A DNA stretch of 64,000 nucleotides from Thermodesulfobacteriota bacterium. Its GTDB lineage: Bacteria; Desulfobacterota_D; UBA1144; Nemesobacterales; JAJCZQ01. The notes below the pieces were generated by a model, which saw only the letters and a list, made by a program, of their open reading frames with translations, was not told the DNA's origin and made no database searches. A program made the translations under genes and the position numbers. The DNA is taken from assembly GCA_965215275.1 (NCBI GenBank), contig OZ244044.1:1152001-1216000 (forward strand). Reading direction: 5' to 3'. This document shows, piece by piece, positions 63,101-64,000 of this stretch (the stretch's first letter is position 1; every line of letters starts with the position of its first letter).

Positions 63101-64000
63101 CTTTGAGCCTGCTACCAGAGAGATAAGCGGAGCACCAACTAATATTTCGGGTTTGATAACAAATTATACATATAAGGTAACGGACAGTGATGGAGATACG
63201 GCTAATCTGAGTTTCCGCCTGCAAATAATCGGTAACACCCAGCCAGTCTTTAATAATACGATAACAGATAAGGTGTATTATACGTTTACAGGAGTAACGG
63301 AAACGTTACCTGAGGCAGCACAAAATAATAATCCACCTTCAACTTACAGTTTAACTCCTGCATTACCTGATGGACTGAGATTTACCCCTGCTACCAGAGA
63401 GATAACAGGAACACCGACCACTGCAATGTCTGAGACTGATTATACGTATACGGTTGCTGATCTAAATGGAGATACGGATGATCTGACGTTCAGCATAACT
63501 GTATTAGCAGGAACTGACACGGAACCAACCTTTGGCAGTGAGAGTATAGATAATAAGGTGTACATTAACGGCATTACAGCAGTAACGTTAACTCTGCCTG
63601 CTGCTACTGGAGGGGATGGGACTTTAACTTACAGTTTAGAGAGGGACCCTGGAGATGGTATTTTCACTACTGCTTTATTTAAGGGATTGACATTTACTGC
63701 AAACACCAGAGAGTTAAGCGGAACACCCAATCTTGATATTCATCCAAGTCTATTTCCTGCAACTCAGGATCATAAATATGAAGTAACAGACAATGATGGA
63801 GATACAGCAGAGATAACGTTCAGTATAACAATAGAAGAAGACAGCGAACCGGACTTCAGCGGTGTGACAATACCAGATCGTGTGTACACGGGGAGAACAA
63901 TAGAGCTGCCAGAGGCAGCGGGAGGGAATTTACCGGTTACATACAGTATAACACCTGATCTGCCAGCTGGATTGAGATTTAACGAAGTAACGCGGGAAAT
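60129..64000 (+). CDS. Large kexin/subtilase-like pseudo-protease with P-domain and at least 8 Ig-like (He_PIG-like) repeats; runs off the window; 5' end interrupted by two C9 tracts
   Basis: Absent from the ORF track. By hand translation the frame is open from 60234 to the window end (>1240 codons): signal peptide SKSLLTLVLFLLIIMVIAAKG, DPLYGCQWHLKN, LSWRDIK, GFGVVDA, GEWVLKI, then PxFG..IPD...D.DGD repeats. True start 60129 or 60221; first in-frame ATG is 60288. Confidence 0.88.
60166..60174 (+). repeat. C9 homopolymer (tract 1 of gene 2)
   Basis: ATTA-CCCCCCCCC-GTG. Confidence 0.9.
60236..60244 (+). repeat. C9 homopolymer (tract 2 of gene 2)
   Basis: ATAATA-CCCCCCCCC-ATCTAAG. Confidence 0.9.
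61824..64000 (+). repeat. Tandem 90-108 aa Ig-like repeats
   Basis: Units start near 61824, 62100, 62370, 62655, 62958, 63243, 63525 and 63849 with LSFG/PTFS/PTFG/PDFG/PSFG/PVFN/PTFG/PDFS. Confidence 0.85.

Overview
A gene-dense bacterial chromosomal segment, mostly housekeeping. It carries aroC (partial), prfB with its +1 frameshift, nadK, groES/groEL, a type II secretion cluster gspC-K, tolQRA, argS, a three-subunit acyl-CoA carboxylase, coaE, tRNA-Met(CAT), cofC, mutS, yebC-ruvCAB, rho, an Rrf2-sufBCD-Rieske ferredoxin operon, thiL, hisB/hisH, mazG and apgM. The gene content suggests a Gram-negative, Desulfobacterota/Dadabacteria-like and possibly host-associated organism; this is inference only. 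The most striking feature is a pair of paralogous kexin/subtilase-like (S8 + P-domain + Ig-repeat) surface-protein genes at 4512-7009 and 60129 to beyond 64000, the second missing from the ORF track. Both follow a homologous TTGACA/TAAAAT promoter cassette. Both have the start codon cut off from the signal peptide by out-of-frame C9 homopolymer tracts (one tract in the first gene, two in series in the second). Both have lost catalytic residues, and the complete one ends in a GGGGGC-TM-basic sorting signal. Together this looks like a phase-variable repertoire of surface-anchored pseudo-proteases or adhesins. Secondary highlights are an acyltransferase/glycosyltransferase/PAP2 lipid module with 11-bp-period Pho-box-like repeats, a CIRCE-like element inside the groES coding sequence, and a TPR gene with near-identical DNA repeats in an AT-rich islet next to the tRNA.
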